DNA from: the human T2T-CHM13v2.0 reference genome, Homo sapiens
DNA length: 64,000 nucleotides
Direction: 5' to 3' (one strand)
Assembly (NCBI RefSeq): GCF_009914755.1
Contig: NC_060929.1
Under the pieces are notes generated by a model. It did no database searches. It saw only the letters and a program-made list of their open reading frames with translations, and was not told the DNA's origin. Position numbers and translations under genes: made by a program. Of this stretch, positions 1 to 21,210 are shown piece after piece (position 1 is the first letter of the stretch; each line of letters begins with the position of its first letter).

Positions 1-81
1 CTCGATCTCCTGACTTCGTGATCCGCCTGCCTCGGCCTCCCAAAGTGCTGGGATTACAGGCGTGAGCCACCGCGCCGGGCC
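1..81 (-). mobile_element. Alu 5' end (cut by window edge)
   Basis: Reverse complement of Alu left-arm start (ctcccaaagtgctgggattacaggcgtgagccaccgcgcc). Confidence 0.95.
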
Positions 82-326
82 GACCTCGGCTTATTTTGCA
101 ATTTGTTAGAAAATGGCTAACCCAGTGTTTAAATATCTGTTATTGTCTACCCTTCCTCCATTAGCTAACTAACTGCATAGACACGGCACTGTCCAACCAT
201 GTAGGTGGATCAGCAGTTGGACCAGGACATTGATATGGTCATTCACTGGGGGTGGCCACCCGTTTATATTCTAATTACTGTCAGTGGTGGAATGCTTAAA
301 TGGATGTTAAGAATGGACGTTTCTCG

Positions 327-721
<395 letters not shown>

Positions 722-1002
722 TTATTCTGATAGCTGTTTGCTGAGTCTCCTTTTAGCAGGATTTGCAGAGCATCTAGCATTCTTATGAATGGTCAAATCG
801 GTTTCAGCAAGAGGCAAACTCAGTTTGTCCGCTGGTTGGTGTTTCGTGCCTACATTTCTATTGCCTTGTCCTTCCTTTTTCTTTCCTGTGCAGCAGCCTT
901 CAGAGATTTATAAGGATTGGAGAATTTTTTCCCTTCCAAGGCAGATTTTAAAACGTTTTCTTCTTAGCTTTTCTCATTATCTTCAGGGTCTTTGTTAGAT
1001 AG

Positions 1003-1443
<441 letters not shown>

Positions 1444-2001
1444 AATACCTGCCTTTAAAAGACGAGAGCAATGATGGACATTTTGTTTTATGCTTTATAT
1501 GAAACTCCATTAAGATTTTTCAAATTTGGCTAATTTGAAGACACAGATGATTAAATTATTATTCAAATCCTTGAGGGCATATCAAGATTCCATGCCACGT
1601 GGATTGCCCATGTCTCAACATTCTGCTGTATATAGGGCATTTCATCGCTGCTTCAATAGTCCTCTGTATGAATGGATAGAAGTAAGCTCGTTCAAAATTC
1701 TATGAACAGAATGTTTTCTCTTTCTTGCTTTTCCAGAGTTGGCTTTAGCTTTTATCCTCATTTGCAGAGATCAAAATCTGATCTGCAGGAACCCTATTTT
1801 GATTGGCTGTTGGGCATTCATAGCTCTGTACTAAATACCAATGTATGAAATAGTTATTGTTCCCTGGAGTGGTGGGTCTGGGCCAGAACACATTCTTTTT
1901 GATTTCAAGGGGGCCAAATGGAAGCTGTAAATATCCTGGCAGCCAAGTCGGGTAAACATGAGCTCTTATAACCTCAGACACAGAGTAGAAAGGTAGCTTT
2001 C

Positions 2002-2328
<327 letters not shown>

Positions 2329-2548
2329 GAAAGGTAGCTTTCTGGCTATGGTTTAGAACTGGGATCTCTGATCAGCAGGTTGGCATTTAACTGAAAGCTG
2401 TTCATAAATCTTTTTCTCTGTGGTCTAGGAGTTCTAAGACCTACATCTAATAGTTGCCATTATGATTGGATTTGACTTGCTTTGTAAATTAGGGTTAGTC
2501 TCCCAGGAATGTGTTTTTAATGACACTGACTTGTCTCATCCCATTTCC

Positions 2549-2555
<7 letters not shown>

Positions 2556-2594
<39 letters not shown>
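2556..2594. repeat. (TG)n microsatellite
   Basis: About 19 perfect TG units next to an Alu tail. Confidence 0.97.
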
Positions 2595-3269
<675 letters not shown>

Positions 3270-3950
3270 TAGTTTGACTCCATCCCGTTATTCTGGGTGT
3301 GTAAAAACCCATCCTAAAAGTTGACAGCTTAATGGACCATCATAACTGATAAACTCTAGTGATTCCATTTGTGTGGCATTACGCTAAGCCACATGCATAC
3401 ATCGACACTAATCCTTTCCACTGTTATGAAGCATAAGGCCTATTGCTGTGTCCTCTTAACAGAGGAGGAAGCTCAGACTTAGATCCCATAAGTGGCTCAC
3501 CTCCTTAAGTTCCCACAGTTGGAGTTAGAAGAATAGCAGGCAAGACAAAAGGACCTCAGACCAAAACACAACTGATCGAGGCTGCCCCATCTCTCCTGGG
3601 ATTTTTATAAAGGGCCCCTCAAGTACCAAATTCCTGTAAAACACAGGGATAATAATTAGAAGCCTGGACAGTTCCATAAAGAAGGGGAGAGGGAGGAGAG
3701 GGTGTTTTCAGCAGTATTGCTCTCACTTATTCCATGTGGATTATTATCCAGACCCTGAGATTTCTGCCTGCCTTCCACTTTTCAGACCATTCACGAATGG
3801 ACCAGCTATTCTAGCAAAGGTTACATTAATAAATGCAGTTGAAATTTTTAAAAATAAGTAAATTGGATCATTTTAGGCTTGCTTTTAGCTGTAGTGAATA
3901 GTTTTGGAGGTAATGGTTGAAGTTATTTAGCAAATATTTATTGAAACCTA

Positions 3951-4420
<470 letters not shown>

Positions 4421-4444
4421 TTATGAGTTTATTAGCATGCTACC

Positions 4445-4748
4445 TTTTTTTTTTTTTTTTTTTTTTTGAGATGGAGTCTCACTCTGTCGCCCAGGCTGGA
4501 GTGCAGTGGCACAATCTCAGCTCACTTTAGCTTCTGCCTACTGGGTTCAAACGATTCTCCTGCCTCAGCCTCCTGAGTAGCTGGGATTACAGGTGTGTAC
4601 CACCAGGCCGGTTTAGTTTTTGTATTTTTAGTAGAGATGGGGTTTTGCCAAGTTGGCCAGGCTGGTCTCAAACTCCTGACCTCAGGTAATCTGCCCACCT
4701 CGACCTCCCAGAGAGCTGGGACTACAGGCATGAGCCACCGTGTCTGGC
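4445..4748 (-). mobile_element. AluSx-like
   Basis: Full dimer; TSD agcatgctac. Confidence 0.93.
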
Positions 4749-4848
4749 CAGCATGCTACTTTTTCTTTGAAAGAAAAGTACATGAATCAGATGCTAAGTT
4801 GCTGAGTTTTGTTTTCAGATCAAATTTGAATTAACCAATCCTCTGTAA

Positions 4849-5128
4849 TTTTTTTTTTTTTTTTGAGACAGATTCTCACTCTGTCACCCAGGCTGGAGTG
4901 CAGTGGCTTAATCTCGGCTCATTGCAACTTCCACCTCTCATGCCTCAGCCTTTTGAGTAGCTGGGATTACAGGTGCCTGCCACCATGCGGGGCTAATTTT
5001 TGTATTTTTAGTAGGGGTGAGGTTTCGCTGTGTTGGCCAGGATGGTCTGGAACTCCTGGCTTCAACCGATCTGCCTATCTCACCTCCCAAAGTGCTGAGA
5101 TTACAGGCGTGGGCCACAGTGCCTGGCC
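4849..5128 (-). mobile_element. Alu (small internal deletion)
   Basis: Dimer with T tail. Confidence 0.9.
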
Positions 5129-5158
5129 CTATTCTCTATAATTTAAATCCTGTGTTAA

Positions 5159-5541
<383 letters not shown>

Positions 5542-5785
5542 TTAGGAGGCCTTAGGCTTATCCCTCTGGTGGCTTTTATCCTAGATTTCTTCATTTGTTA
5601 CATGAGGGAATTGGACTGAATCTGTGGTTTCAAATTCTGCTCTTAGAAGCTCTGAGAAACACTTTGGAATCAAGATAGAGGAATTGGTGAGACCCTAGGA
5701 TGCCCATTCAGCCTCAGCCAGGGCAGGTCTGCTGTTGTCTGCTGTTTGGGATTCCACTGCACTCCAGAAAGGATTCTACTGTTGA

Positions 5786-7090
<1,305 letters not shown>

Positions 7091-7095
7091 TATAG

Positions 7096-7419
<324 letters not shown>

Positions 7420-7860
7420 ATTGTCTATACAGTTTGAATAACACACTGAAAAAACAGATCAGTGCATATCTTCCACAATTAACAATGCATTTGTTTAGAG
7501 CATGTTGCTGCATTGGGTGAACTCTCAGGCTGGCAGCGACTCCAAGCTTTGGTTGAGTTTGCTAGTGCCAAGTTGTTTATGTGCCTCCCCTTGGCCCCTT
7601 CCTTCCCTGCCACTCCTTCTTCCTCCCAGCTTGCTGAGCTTGCTGCCCGGACTCCCTTCCTCTCTCCTCTCTCCTCTCTGCTGAGGTTCTGCCCGCTGGA
7701 GAAATTCCTCCCTTTGCCCCTCCACCCTTCTGAGAACTGTGGGTTGTCAGGAGACCAGGAAACTCCCTGATGGAAACTGCTTTTGTGAAGGATGCTGAGA
7801 TGTGTGGGCCCTCAGCCACGGCCCAGGGTGGAATTGAGGTCTTATTGGAGGACCCAGTGA

Positions 7861-8220
<360 letters not shown>

Positions 8221-9339
8221 TCTGTACTTATCTCTTGAATGCCGCCTGGGTGCAAGAACCAGTGCCAGGCTGTGCCATGCATAGTTGGACTGGGCTGTTC
8301 CTTCTGTGCTTGCTTCCTTAATGTTTGCTATGGGCTGGGCTCATTCTTACTGTGGATTTCTGTATGTTGACCAGTTCAATGAGTTCTGAAAATCCTACAA
8401 CGTAGTGGATATTTTTAAGTACACACTTGGTAGGCTCTAGGGGAAAAGCAGATTTTACACACGCACACACAAACACACATACACACACAAAATCGATATG
8501 TAGTGTGAATGGAGAGGCAGTGACAGAGTGGGAATTGTGTTAGGAAAGTGACTCTTGCTTCAGAAATGCTTGGAGCACTTTTGGTGTCCTGGGTCACCCT
8601 CTCTGGAAGGACTTTGGGTGTCAGTGGAGAGACCACATTCGGAGCCTGAGAGTGGTGTGCACTTTCATCCACAGGCTTAATTTTGTTTCATTTTGCTTTT
8701 TGAGATGGAGAAAGCAGTGTTGAGGATGGAGGAGAGCTAGGAGGTTGGCAGCTTTTCCAATAGGAACCATTTTTACAGCAGAGAAGTGCCATTCCTGAGA
8801 TCTGCAGAGTCTGCTTCTCTCCTCTCACTGTCCTGATTATCAATTGTCCGTTGTTCTGTTGGAACAATAGGGCTGATTTTTCTGTAGGAATCTGACAAAA
8901 TTTCGCATAGCTGTACAGAGAACTGCCAGTTAGGGGGACAGTGTCAAGAATGACACAGGCTCAAATACTGAGGGTTGCCTGTGCATGCCCTGTGTCTCAA
9001 AACTGTCCTACGCTTTGCTTTCAGTCATCAGTTTTATGTGCGGGGGAGGGGGGGAACAGCACTTTTTCTAAAGGAAAAATAAAATGGATTGGTCTGTGGG
9101 GGGACAGTTACACATAGCTTTGAAAGGCTGCTTAGCCGAAGAGTGGCGAGAGTCGGGGAGGGAGTGGGAGTTGTTCAGCATTGTTAACTTCCAACATACG
9201 ATGGGCATTTGGGCACATCAGAGGGATACAACCCTATTTTTCGAGCCTGGGTTCCAGGGGTGCAGCTGTTTTGGGCCATTTACAGCAGTGGAATTTGGAT
9301 GGCGCAGATATTGCCCATAGAAGCTTTGCCTGCCTGCCT

Positions 9340-9713
9340 TCCTTTCTTGTTTTGTTTCCTTTTCTTTTTCTTTTTTATTTTCTCTTCTTTCCTCTTTTCT
9401 TCTCTTCTCTTTTCTCTTTCCTTCCTTCCTTCCCTTCCTTCCCTCCCTCTGTCACCCAGGCTGGAGTGCAGTGCTATGATCTCAGCTCACTGCAACTTCC
9501 GCCTACTGGGTTCAAGTAATTCTCCTGCCTCAGCCTCCTGAGTAGCTGGGATTACAGGCGTGCCGCCATGCTTGGCTTAATTTTTGTATTTGTAGTAGAG
9601 ATGGGGTTTCACCATGTTGGCCAGGCTGGTCTCAAACTCCTGACCTCAGGTGATCTGCCTGCCTCCGCCTCCCAAAGTGCTGGGATTACAGGTGTGAGCC
9701 ACCGCACCCGGCC
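9340..9713 (-). mobile_element. AluSx-like with CT-rich low-complexity tail
   Basis: Dimer 9447-9713; pyrimidine tract 9340-9447. Confidence 0.9.
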
Positions 9714-10958
9714 CCATTGAAGGTTTTCTAAAAAGAAAATGGGATTGGATTGGTCAGGGCTACGTACTCCGATTTGTGAGGCAGTGGTGTCTTTGTAGGC
9801 TTGGCTGTTAATGAGGTGGTTTATACTCTACAAGGCATGTGAAATTATTTGAGGGAGAGAGGAGAATGTGTTTTTCTAACCCTTACTATGTCCTAAACAC
9901 AGAGGGTAATCAATAACCAACTGTTGAGGATGTAGTTTTTCTTAACACTAAATCATTCCCTGAGAGAAGTCCGTAAGCTTGACTGATTTTAACTGCCTGT
10001 GAGTTGGAAATCTTTGATAAATGCTCTGAGGGATAGGAAGTCAGTCTGGGATGATACAGGGCATGGGATCTCACCATCGGGAGAGTGGTCCCATTCGATA
10101 ATGGGAAAAACTCATGTTGGATGGAATGGAAATGTTCCCAGTCAAGATACCCTCATGCCCAGAGCCAGGAGAAACTTTAGACCAACCTCCGTCGGCTTCA
10201 GTTTCTCCTTCCTCAGTTTCTTGATGCTCCTCCCCGAGCCCCCTCCCCTATCACGTATGTTTTGCGGGTTGTTCTGTTGTTTGTCTTTGAAAAGATTGAT
10301 TTATACATTTGTACAGAAAATCCCAGAGCCTTTTCCTCTTAATGCTATAAAGTTGCTATTTAATGAGGCGTTTGGAAGGCCACCCAGCCACTTGAAATCT
10401 GAAGTGTCACGCTGAGGGATTGTTACCAAGAAGTATTTACATTGGAGCCGTGGTTTTAGCTCTCTTTTGGCAATTGATTAATTTAGTGCGAGAGCCAATA
10501 AATCCCTGGACAGATGAGGAACAGATTGGAGGGGAGGAGCTTCTGTTTCGGCCTTTTCTTTTGGAATGCTTTTAACACTTGGCCAGGGGAGGACTGTGTC
10601 CTTTTGTTTTGTTAAATAGTTCAAGTTGGCCATTTTCTGGTGCTGTTCAGAAAGGCCTGTCAGGCCAACAGGAGGGAAGTGATTGGTTGTCCTGGACCCT
10701 GGCTTTGCACAGACCTCACACTCCTGTTGAGAAAATGTTTGAAATGCATTCTCTTAAAAGTAGGACTGTGTAAATAATAGATTAGGTCTGAAAGGGCCAT
10801 CTGAGTATAAAGGCAGTGGGAGCCAAGGGGGAAAAGCCCTTTACTCGCCAACACTTGCTTTAAGTGTCATCTTTCTAGAATTTGAAAGAGGGCCTGGTGG
10901 TGGCCTTACTGTGTCCGAGTAAGGGACTCCTCTTCTTGGAGGCATTAAGACACACGGG

Positions 10959-11300
10959 GGCCGGGTGCAGTGGCTCACGCTTGTAATCCCAATACTTCTG
11001 GGAGGCTGAGGTGGGCAGATCTTTTGAGGTCAGGAGTTCGAGACCAGCTTGGCCAACATGGTGAAACCCCCGTCTCTACTAAATGTACAAAAATTAGCTG
11101 GGTGTGGTAGTGCACACCTTGTAATCTCAGCTACTCGGGAGATTGAGGCAGGAGAATTGCTTGAACCCGGGGGGGCAGAGGTTGCAGTGAGCCCAGATAG
11201 TGTCACTGCACTCCAGCCTGGGCGACAGAGTGAGACACTGTCCCCCCTCCAAAAGCAAAAACAAACACCCCCCCACCCCCACCAAAACAAACAAACAAAA
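10959..11300 (+). mobile_element. AluS
   Basis: Full dimer with A/C-rich tail. Confidence 0.93.
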
Positions 11301-11403
11301 CCGTAAGAAACATTGCCCTCCTGAGCATTGACAAGGCTGGGTTGTTCTTTTTTGTGATTTTTTTTTTTTTTTTTTTGTGGAGAGAAATCCAAGAGAAGCT
11401 GTG

Positions 11404-11584
11404 GAGCAGCACTGTCCAATAAAACTTAATGGGCGATGGCGGTGTTCTTTCTGTGAGGTGGCCAATACGGCAGCCACTAGCCACGTGTGAAATGTGACGC
11501 ACATGACCCAAGAATTGAATTTTTCATTTTAATTAGGTTTAAATAGCAGCATGTGGTGAGGGTGTATGGTATTGGACAGCGCAG
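11404..11584. mobile_element. MER3-like hAT-Charlie MITE
   Basis: Terminal inverted repeats c(a)ctgtccaata ... tattggacagcg; internal gcagccactagccacgtgtg. Confidence 0.8.
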
Positions 11585-12348
11585 TTCTGTGGTGGCTTTT
11601 TAATACTTTTGCAAAATAACTCTTTAACCCCCTTTGATTTTCACAGCCTGCTCACAAGGGACAGAGGTTTGGTAGAGGGTCGATTCCCGGTAGGGAAAAA
11701 TGAAGAAACCAAATGAATGGTTCAGATCGTGGACTAATAAAAACAGCCGAGCCGGGCCTAGAGCCAGGGCCCCTTCTTCCCTGACTCCAGCCCCTCAGAA
11801 CCCAGCTTTAGATGTTAATTGCTAGTACTACTTAGCAGGGGACCCCAACCACAAAGAGAAGGCTGGCTTAACATCTGGAATCTTGGCTGTGGGCTGTGTA
11901 TTTAATCTTCTCCTTTTAAATCAAACAGGCTTAATGAGTGGCGAGAGTTGGGAAGTCCCTGTGGGCCCCTAAATCCAAGGAGGAGTTTCTCTGGAACCAG
12001 AGGAAACAGGCCAGACAGGTGGAAACAGTAACTCCCCTCCCTCTTGGCCGCCTTTGCATGGCCCTGTCTGTGGCAATTAGAAGCAGAGAAGGACCTGTGG
12101 AGACTTGTGGTCCTAGTCTATCTTTCATACCCTGTAAAAAGGCCAGACCCCAGGACAAATGGCATCCACTTGGATAATTCCGATGCTGTCAGTGCGTCTG
12201 GCAACCGTATTAACACGCCCCTTGCCGCACCGTATCAACCAGAACCCTGAGCTGAGTGCCTTAATTGGCTCCAGCTCCAACCTCACCTTCTCATTCTCGC
12301 TGCTTCCTCTCATCCTGGAGGATTGTAAGCAAAGCTCAGGGGTTTTTC

Positions 12349-13046
<698 letters not shown>

Positions 13047-13135
13047 TGAAGACTGATACTGTTACCAAAGGGTTAATGAGATAGTTAGGAAATCTGCTGT
13101 GACAAATCCAAGCTACCTCTACCAGTCATGCCTTC

Positions 13136-13430
13136 TTTTTTTTTGCGGGGGGACAGGGTCTCACCCTGTTGCCCAGGCTGGACTGCAGTAGTGCGATCAT
13201 AGCTCACTGCAGCTTCAACCTCCCAGGCTCTGACAATCCTTCTGCCTCAGCCTCCTGAGTAGCTGTGACCACAGGTGTGCACCACCATGCCTGGCTAATT
13301 TTTTTTATTTTTTGTAGAGATGTCTCATAATGATGCCCAGGCTGGCCTTGAACTCCTGGGGTTCAAGCATTTCTCCTGCCTCAGCCTCCCAAAGTGCTGG
13401 GATTACAGGCATGAGACACTGTGCCTGGCC
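13136..13430 (-). mobile_element. AluJ
   Basis: gatcatagctcactgcagc, aatccttctgcc J-type diagnostics. Confidence 0.88.
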
Positions 13431-13785
13431 CCAAACTCTTAACAAAACTAATTTCTGGATTACCTTCTCCTCAAGGTCTATCTACCCAGCTCCCTAATGT
13501 ACCTATTGCTCTGCTGACCAGCAATAACCACAGCAGGTCAAAGGACATGATCTTAAAAATAAGACTCATAAACCAAGAGCAAGATGTATTTACTGTTTAC
13601 TGACAGGGTGATCATAGGATTTATTGCACACACAGGGCACCTCTGAGAGTGAAGGAGAGCACTGATAATTAGGCTGGGATAACCAGTTTAAACCAGGATG
13701 ATCCAAGAACAACAGGGCAGGTTGGGCATCTACTGTGTGCCAGGCTGTGCCTGAGTTTGGGGTACACAGGTGTAGTGGGCCTAGT

Positions 13786-14092
13786 TTCTTTTGTGGCGGG
13801 GGTGGTGTAGGGGAGTCTTGCCCTGTCACCCAGGCTGGAGTGCAGTGGCGAGACCACAGCTCACTGCAGCCTCGACATCCCGGACTCAAGTGATCCTCCC
13901 ACCTCATCCTCCCGAGTAGCTAGGTCAACAGGTGTGCACCACCACACCCGGCTAATTTTTTGTATTGTGGGTGGGCGGGGGGGGTCTCACTATGTTGCTA
14001 AGGCTGGTTTTGAACTTCTGGGCTCCAGCAGTCCTCCTGCCTCGGCCTCCTAAAGTGCTGGGATTACAGGTGTGTGCCACTGTGCCCAGCTG
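13786..14092 (-). mobile_element. AluJ inserted in an L2-like fragment
   Basis: TSD gggcctagtttctt on both sides. Confidence 0.88.
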
Positions 14093-14496
14093 GGCCTAGT
14101 TTCTTATGGAGCTCACAGCCTGACGGTGGAGACAGGTGTGTAGACACACGCAGTGCTACAGCATGGGTGCTGAAACAGGTGTGAACAAAGTGTGGCGTGG
14201 GAGGAGCAATGGAGAGGGCAAGGGAGGGTTTTCCTAGAGGGAAGCAGACAAAAACTAAGCTTTTCTTTTTCCTGTCTTGGCTTATTTCTCCAAGAAAGAA
14301 TATTTTTTTGGATAATCTTGAAACTATTAAACTTGTACCCACTGACCAGGACCTTTCGCCCTTGCCCTTGTGAGGGTTGTTTGTGTAGGCCTTGGCAGAA
14401 TCACATCTTGGTGAAGACCATAGATAGCAGCAGTCCTTGAGACCATCCTGTCCCCACGTTACTGCTTAGCCTGCCATTGATTGTGGTTCGCATTTA

Positions 14497-14816
<320 letters not shown>

Positions 14817-15099
14817 AGGTGGATAATGAATTTCCATGAGTATAAAGAGATTTTCCGGTGGAATAAATGTAGCGATCAGCTATGTCTAAGTCTGTCTTAA
14901 AGTATAAATCACCTTGTGTAGGCTCTTATTCTATTCTTCTTATACTGGGGACTGTTTAGTTTCTCAGCAGGGATTGTGTATGTATGTGTCTGTGTGCTAC
15001 AGTTACTAAAAATTTCAGACTAGTTAGAAAAAATTGGCTTAGACATTTGTTCACATGAAGTTGTACAGAAATTCCTGGGTTTGGTCTGATAATCAGCAC

Positions 15100-15433
<334 letters not shown>

Positions 15434-16099
15434 AGCACATTGCATTTTAAGGGTGCTCTATATTAGTGGAATTTGCACTGAAGTTTCGACCAAAAGACAT
15501 TTAGTCTTCAACCTTTCATTCCCCTAAGCTCTGGCCACAGCTGCAGCTGCAGCTGCATCTGGTGTACTCTTGAATGGACTGGAAGCCTGGCACGGTGGGG
15601 TGTAGGATTTCAACAGTGGTCTCAGTCCAGATTTTCCTGCTGTGGGCTGAGTGACATCAAGGAGATAGGGCCGTTCTTGATGTTTTTTTCCCTTCCAGCT
15701 TTTATGTATTGCACTAATTTAAGATCAGAATTACTTTAAAAAAATAATCTTTAAAGGGAAAATTCTCTTCAATCCCACCACTCAGTACATACCAAGTATA
15801 TTTTGCTTTTCCAAGCGCTTCCAGACCCCTGTCCGCATGTACACTTATAACATGGTTATAATTAGCGTGTGTCCTGACTTCATTTTATTCTGGTTTTTCT
15901 ATAGTCTAAAATTAAGTTTGGGGTGAGCTGGTGTGACCTGAAGGGTTGAAAGATAATGTCGTAAGTATGGCTGTATCCTCAGCCCAATGCTGCACGAGGG
16001 AAATGCCCCAGAAGGGGAACCAAAGGGTTGTTCAAGTGCTAGACAGTTATTCTGGAGTTTGTTACCTCATTTTCTCAATCTTGTCCCAGTCTTGCTCTC

Positions 16100-16407
16100 C
16101 TTTCCCTTTCCCTTCCCTTCCCTTCCCTTGATGGAGTCTCACCCCATGGCCCAGGCTGGAGTTGCCATAGCATGATCTCGGCTCACCGCAACCTCCGCCT
16201 CCTGGGTTCAGCTGATTGTTCTGCCTCAGCCTCCCGAGTAGCTGGGATTACAGGCACCCGCCACCACGCCCACCTAATTTTTGTATTTTTAGTAGAGACG
16301 GGATTTCACCATGTTGGCCAGGCTGGTCTCAAACTCCTAACCTCGTGATCTGCCCTCCTCGGCCTCCCAAAGTGCTAGGATTACAGGCGTGAGCCACCGT
16401 GCCTGGC
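16100..16407 (-). mobile_element. AluS with (CCCTT)n tail
   Basis: Full dimer. Confidence 0.9.
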
Positions 16408-16430
16408 CGCCCTTTCTTTCTTTTGCCAAG

Positions 16431-16782
16431 TGCAATGGACTGAATGTTTTTGTCCCCCTACAGTCCATTTGTTGAAATCCTAACCCTGAAGGTTGAGGGT
16501 ATCAGGAGGTGGGGCTTTTTGGAGGCACTTAGGTTGGAGGGTAGAGCTCTCATGAATGGGATGAGTGCCATTATGAATGAGGCCTGAGAAAGACTCCTTA
16601 TCTCCTCTGTCATGTGAGGATACAGCTGGAAGACAGCCATCTATGAATGACCTCTCACCAGGTACTGCCAGTACCTTGATCTTGGCCTTCCTGGCCCCAG
16701 AACTGTGAGAAATACATTTCTACTGTTCATAAGCTACCCAGCCTATGATATTTTGTGATAGCAGCCCAGATGGAAGAAGATA
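16431..16782 (+). mobile_element. MLT1A/B MaLR solo LTR
   Basis: Starts tgcaatggactgaatgt; gttgaaatcctaaccc; cagaactgtgagaaatacatttct; ends gcagcccagatgga..agata. Confidence 0.85.
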
Positions 16783-17139
16783 CCAAGATACTTTTAGCTC
16801 ACTGACATGTCTTCTGTTGGGATTTGTCAGAAAGAGGATCTTCTCATTTGGCTGAGCTGATAGAGTGACTTTAAATTCTGCCCAGAGCCTTACATGAACA
16901 TATTGTAAATCCCCTTCCTCGTTTTTTCACTCAGCCACAAAATACACATACCTCCCTCATGAAGGCGCCTCTACCTTTTCCCTTCCTCCCTCTGTCTGCT
17001 CCCACCCCTTCCAAAAGACAGTGTTATTATGTTGATGCCTGAGCAGCGTAGCCTTCTCCCCACCCTGCCTCTGTCCTTTCTTCATGGCTGTAGATAATAG
17101 GTGCCATGTTTCAGCCTCTGTTGGGGAACTGGCTTTACT

Positions 17140-17340
17140 AAGCTCCAGCGATGTGCCAGGGCTTTTTCATACATTCTCACTGTAACCCCCCCAGCCACAC
17201 TATGCAATAGCGATTTGTTCCACTTTGCCCATGTGGAAGCTGCAGGTTGGAATTTTAAGAATTGTGCCCAAGGACACAGACTTGGGAACAGTAGGATCCA
17301 GAGCTGGCTGACTTCAGATCCTGGCATTCTCCATTGGACC
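17140..17340 (-). mobile_element. MIR
   Basis: Degenerate MIR core (tgcccaaggacacag, cttcagatcctgg). Confidence 0.55.
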
Positions 17341-17541
17341 ATGCTTGCACGTGACCCTCTCTGACACCTCCCAGGTATTGTGACGGAAAGGTAAAAAATA
17401 AATACACTACTCTAGGCATGTAACTGTGAGGTGGGGTAGAGACTTGAGAGTCCATGTCAGCTGGTTTCTTGGGGGTAACTGCTGGCAGAGTTAGCTCATC
17501 CTAGGTGACTTTATTGCCTCATCAGATTCCTATTTGATACT

Positions 17542-17544
<3 letters not shown>

Positions 17545-17595
<51 letters not shown>

Positions 17596-17601
17596 TGTGT
17601 G
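17545..17601. repeat. (GT)n microsatellite
   Basis: About 28 units with one interruption. Confidence 0.97.
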
Positions 17602-17896
17602 AAATATCCACCTACCTAGGGTCACAGTTTAGTGCCTAGGTCTTGGGCTCACCCACCTCAGCAATGTTTTAAACCTTGGACTTTACCCAGCTCCTTTCCC
17701 CAGATAGAATTCATCCGCTCAGAAAAAGTTTAGTGAACTGCTGCTATGTGCCAAGCCCTGTGCTAAGGGCTGGATATTAAATCCAGAGAGACTGTTAAAC
17801 AGGTTAAAGTTCTGTTTCTCAAACAAGGGTTTCTGAGTCTTTAGAGATACATACGAATTTTTAAAATTGTGTGTGTTACAATAATCTTATTTTACT

Positions 17897-18239
<343 letters not shown>

Positions 18240-18956
18240 TTATTTTCTTAAATGTTACTCAAATGAGATCTCTGGATGTAGGGTGGGGATCTGGTGAGTT
18301 TTTTTTTTTCTTTAAAATGTGTCTATACATCACTCGTGAAAAATAAAAGGTTAAACTATTTTTTTTCCTGCTGCAGAAACATATTTATATTTAAAAATAC
18401 TTTTTGAATTAGCACCTAAATCAGTGAACTAACTCAAATCTTGAAATTTAGGGCACCAGGAGTATGTCAGGCTGATGGGGAAGATATTCCTGAGAAAGTA
18501 AACCTCGAGTATCTCTTACCACAGTGTGAAAATTGTATTCTGCTCCTAGAGTCTGTGGACAGCCTGGACTGGTTTTCATCTTCTCTGTGGAACTTAACTA
18601 GCCAGCCAGTATGATCCCTTTGTCCTCTCAGCCCTCAGAGTGTTGTACACACCTCTGTTATTCCCTGTGTTGTCTGATGTTCAAATATAAGTCGCAAGTG
18701 ATGTGTGTTCGGAAGAATCACTGGCCGAAGTTGCACTTGAGATCCCAGTTGTCACTGGAGTTGAATCTCTCTGTCCCCCAGCATCACTGAGTGCTTCCTA
18801 TTGATGTGAAAATATTCTCTTTTTCTGGGGATAGGGCAGAAAAAGAAGTAGCATGCAGAAAGTTTCCAACAACCAAGAAATCAGTCTAGTTAAGTACAGA
18901 AGAGACGCATATGAAACATGAAACATGCAGATGATATAAGGTCTCATTTTGTTTGA

Positions 18957-19262
<306 letters not shown>

Positions 19263-19900
19263 AGTTTTGTGTATCTTTTCTCTCCCCATCTAGAGGGTGG
19301 ACACTCATCATTTGTCTCCTCCCTGGAGCCAACTATATTACAGGCATTTTGTTTAGTGATGAACTCATATGAATTATACCAAAAGTACAGAGTATGGTCG
19401 GATCCAGAGCTGGCTTGCTTCATATCTGTTAGACCATTCTTGCCTCTGTAGGATTATCTGCTTCTACCACTTTATCAGGTAACTGCACATAATAAATGGC
19501 CAGTGATAAAAGTGGATATACAGCTGTAAAGCTAGGCTTCAGGACAGTAGGAAGGAGCACTGGTAGATTAGGCTCCTCCAGCCAGTTGCCAGGGACGGAC
19601 AAAGGACAAGAGATGGCTTAAATAAAATGCTGACACGCCCAGGGTACTCCTGTTGCAGCTGTTGAGTGAAAGTGAGTGCTTCAGGGATTTGGTGCAGAAA
19701 GCTTTCCTGACAGCTGCTCTACTGCCTTTTCCTTTGAAGGCAGCTTCCCACCTTCCACCCCTGATTGTCTGTAAGCTCTGGACTGGCTGTCCTTAGAGGC
19801 GCAGTACCACTGGTGTGCGTTGTTTGGTGTGAACTGTGCTCCCCTGTCACATGGCAAAGTGATGCTTGCACATAGTGTGTGGATGCCGAGAGCTTCCTGA

Positions 19901-20655
<755 letters not shown>

Positions 20656-20857
20656 GGAGCCTCTCTTTTCACAAGGGAAAGCTCTGGACTTCTAGCATTG
20701 TCCTGGAAGGTGAGCTTCCTGCTGACAGCACAGTCTCAGGATTGGCACCTTCTGTCTTCTGTGATTTGGCTTCAAGGATGTGGTGTCCCATCACAGCTCT
20801 ACCATGTGTGTTAGCTGTGTGGCCTTGGATGAGTTACTTATTTTCACTGAATGTGTT

Positions 20858-21210
20858 TACTATGATCGAATGTTTATGTGCCCCCTAATTCATATGTTGA
20901 AATCCTAACCCTCAAGGTGGTGGTATTGGGAAGTGGGGCCTTTTGGGAGCTGATTAGGTCATCAAATCATCATCAAATTAGAGCCCTCATGAATGGGATT
21001 AGTGCCTTCATAAAAGAGGCCCAAGAGAGCTCATTTGCCCCTTCTACCATGTAAGGACGCAGTCAGAAGACACCATCTGTGAACCAGAAAGTGACTGTTG
21101 ACACTCAACCCGCCGGGGCCTTGATCTTGGGCTTGCCAGCCTCCAGAATAAATTTCTGTTATTTATAAGCCACCTAGTTTATAGTGTTACGGCAGCTTGA
21201 ACAGACTAAG
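20858..21210 (+). mobile_element. MLT1A-like solo LTR inserted into a MIR (MIR halves ~20790-20857 and ~21211-21330)
   Basis: aattcatatgttgaaatcctaaccc, gccctcatgaatgggattagtgcc, aataaatttctg, ends acagactaag. Confidence 0.85.

Noticed and set aside
1711-1737. Strong-looking 3' splice sites here and at ~15698, ~43982 and ~62089
   Set aside because: No convincing paired donor or recognisable coding frame; such motifs are common in long introns.
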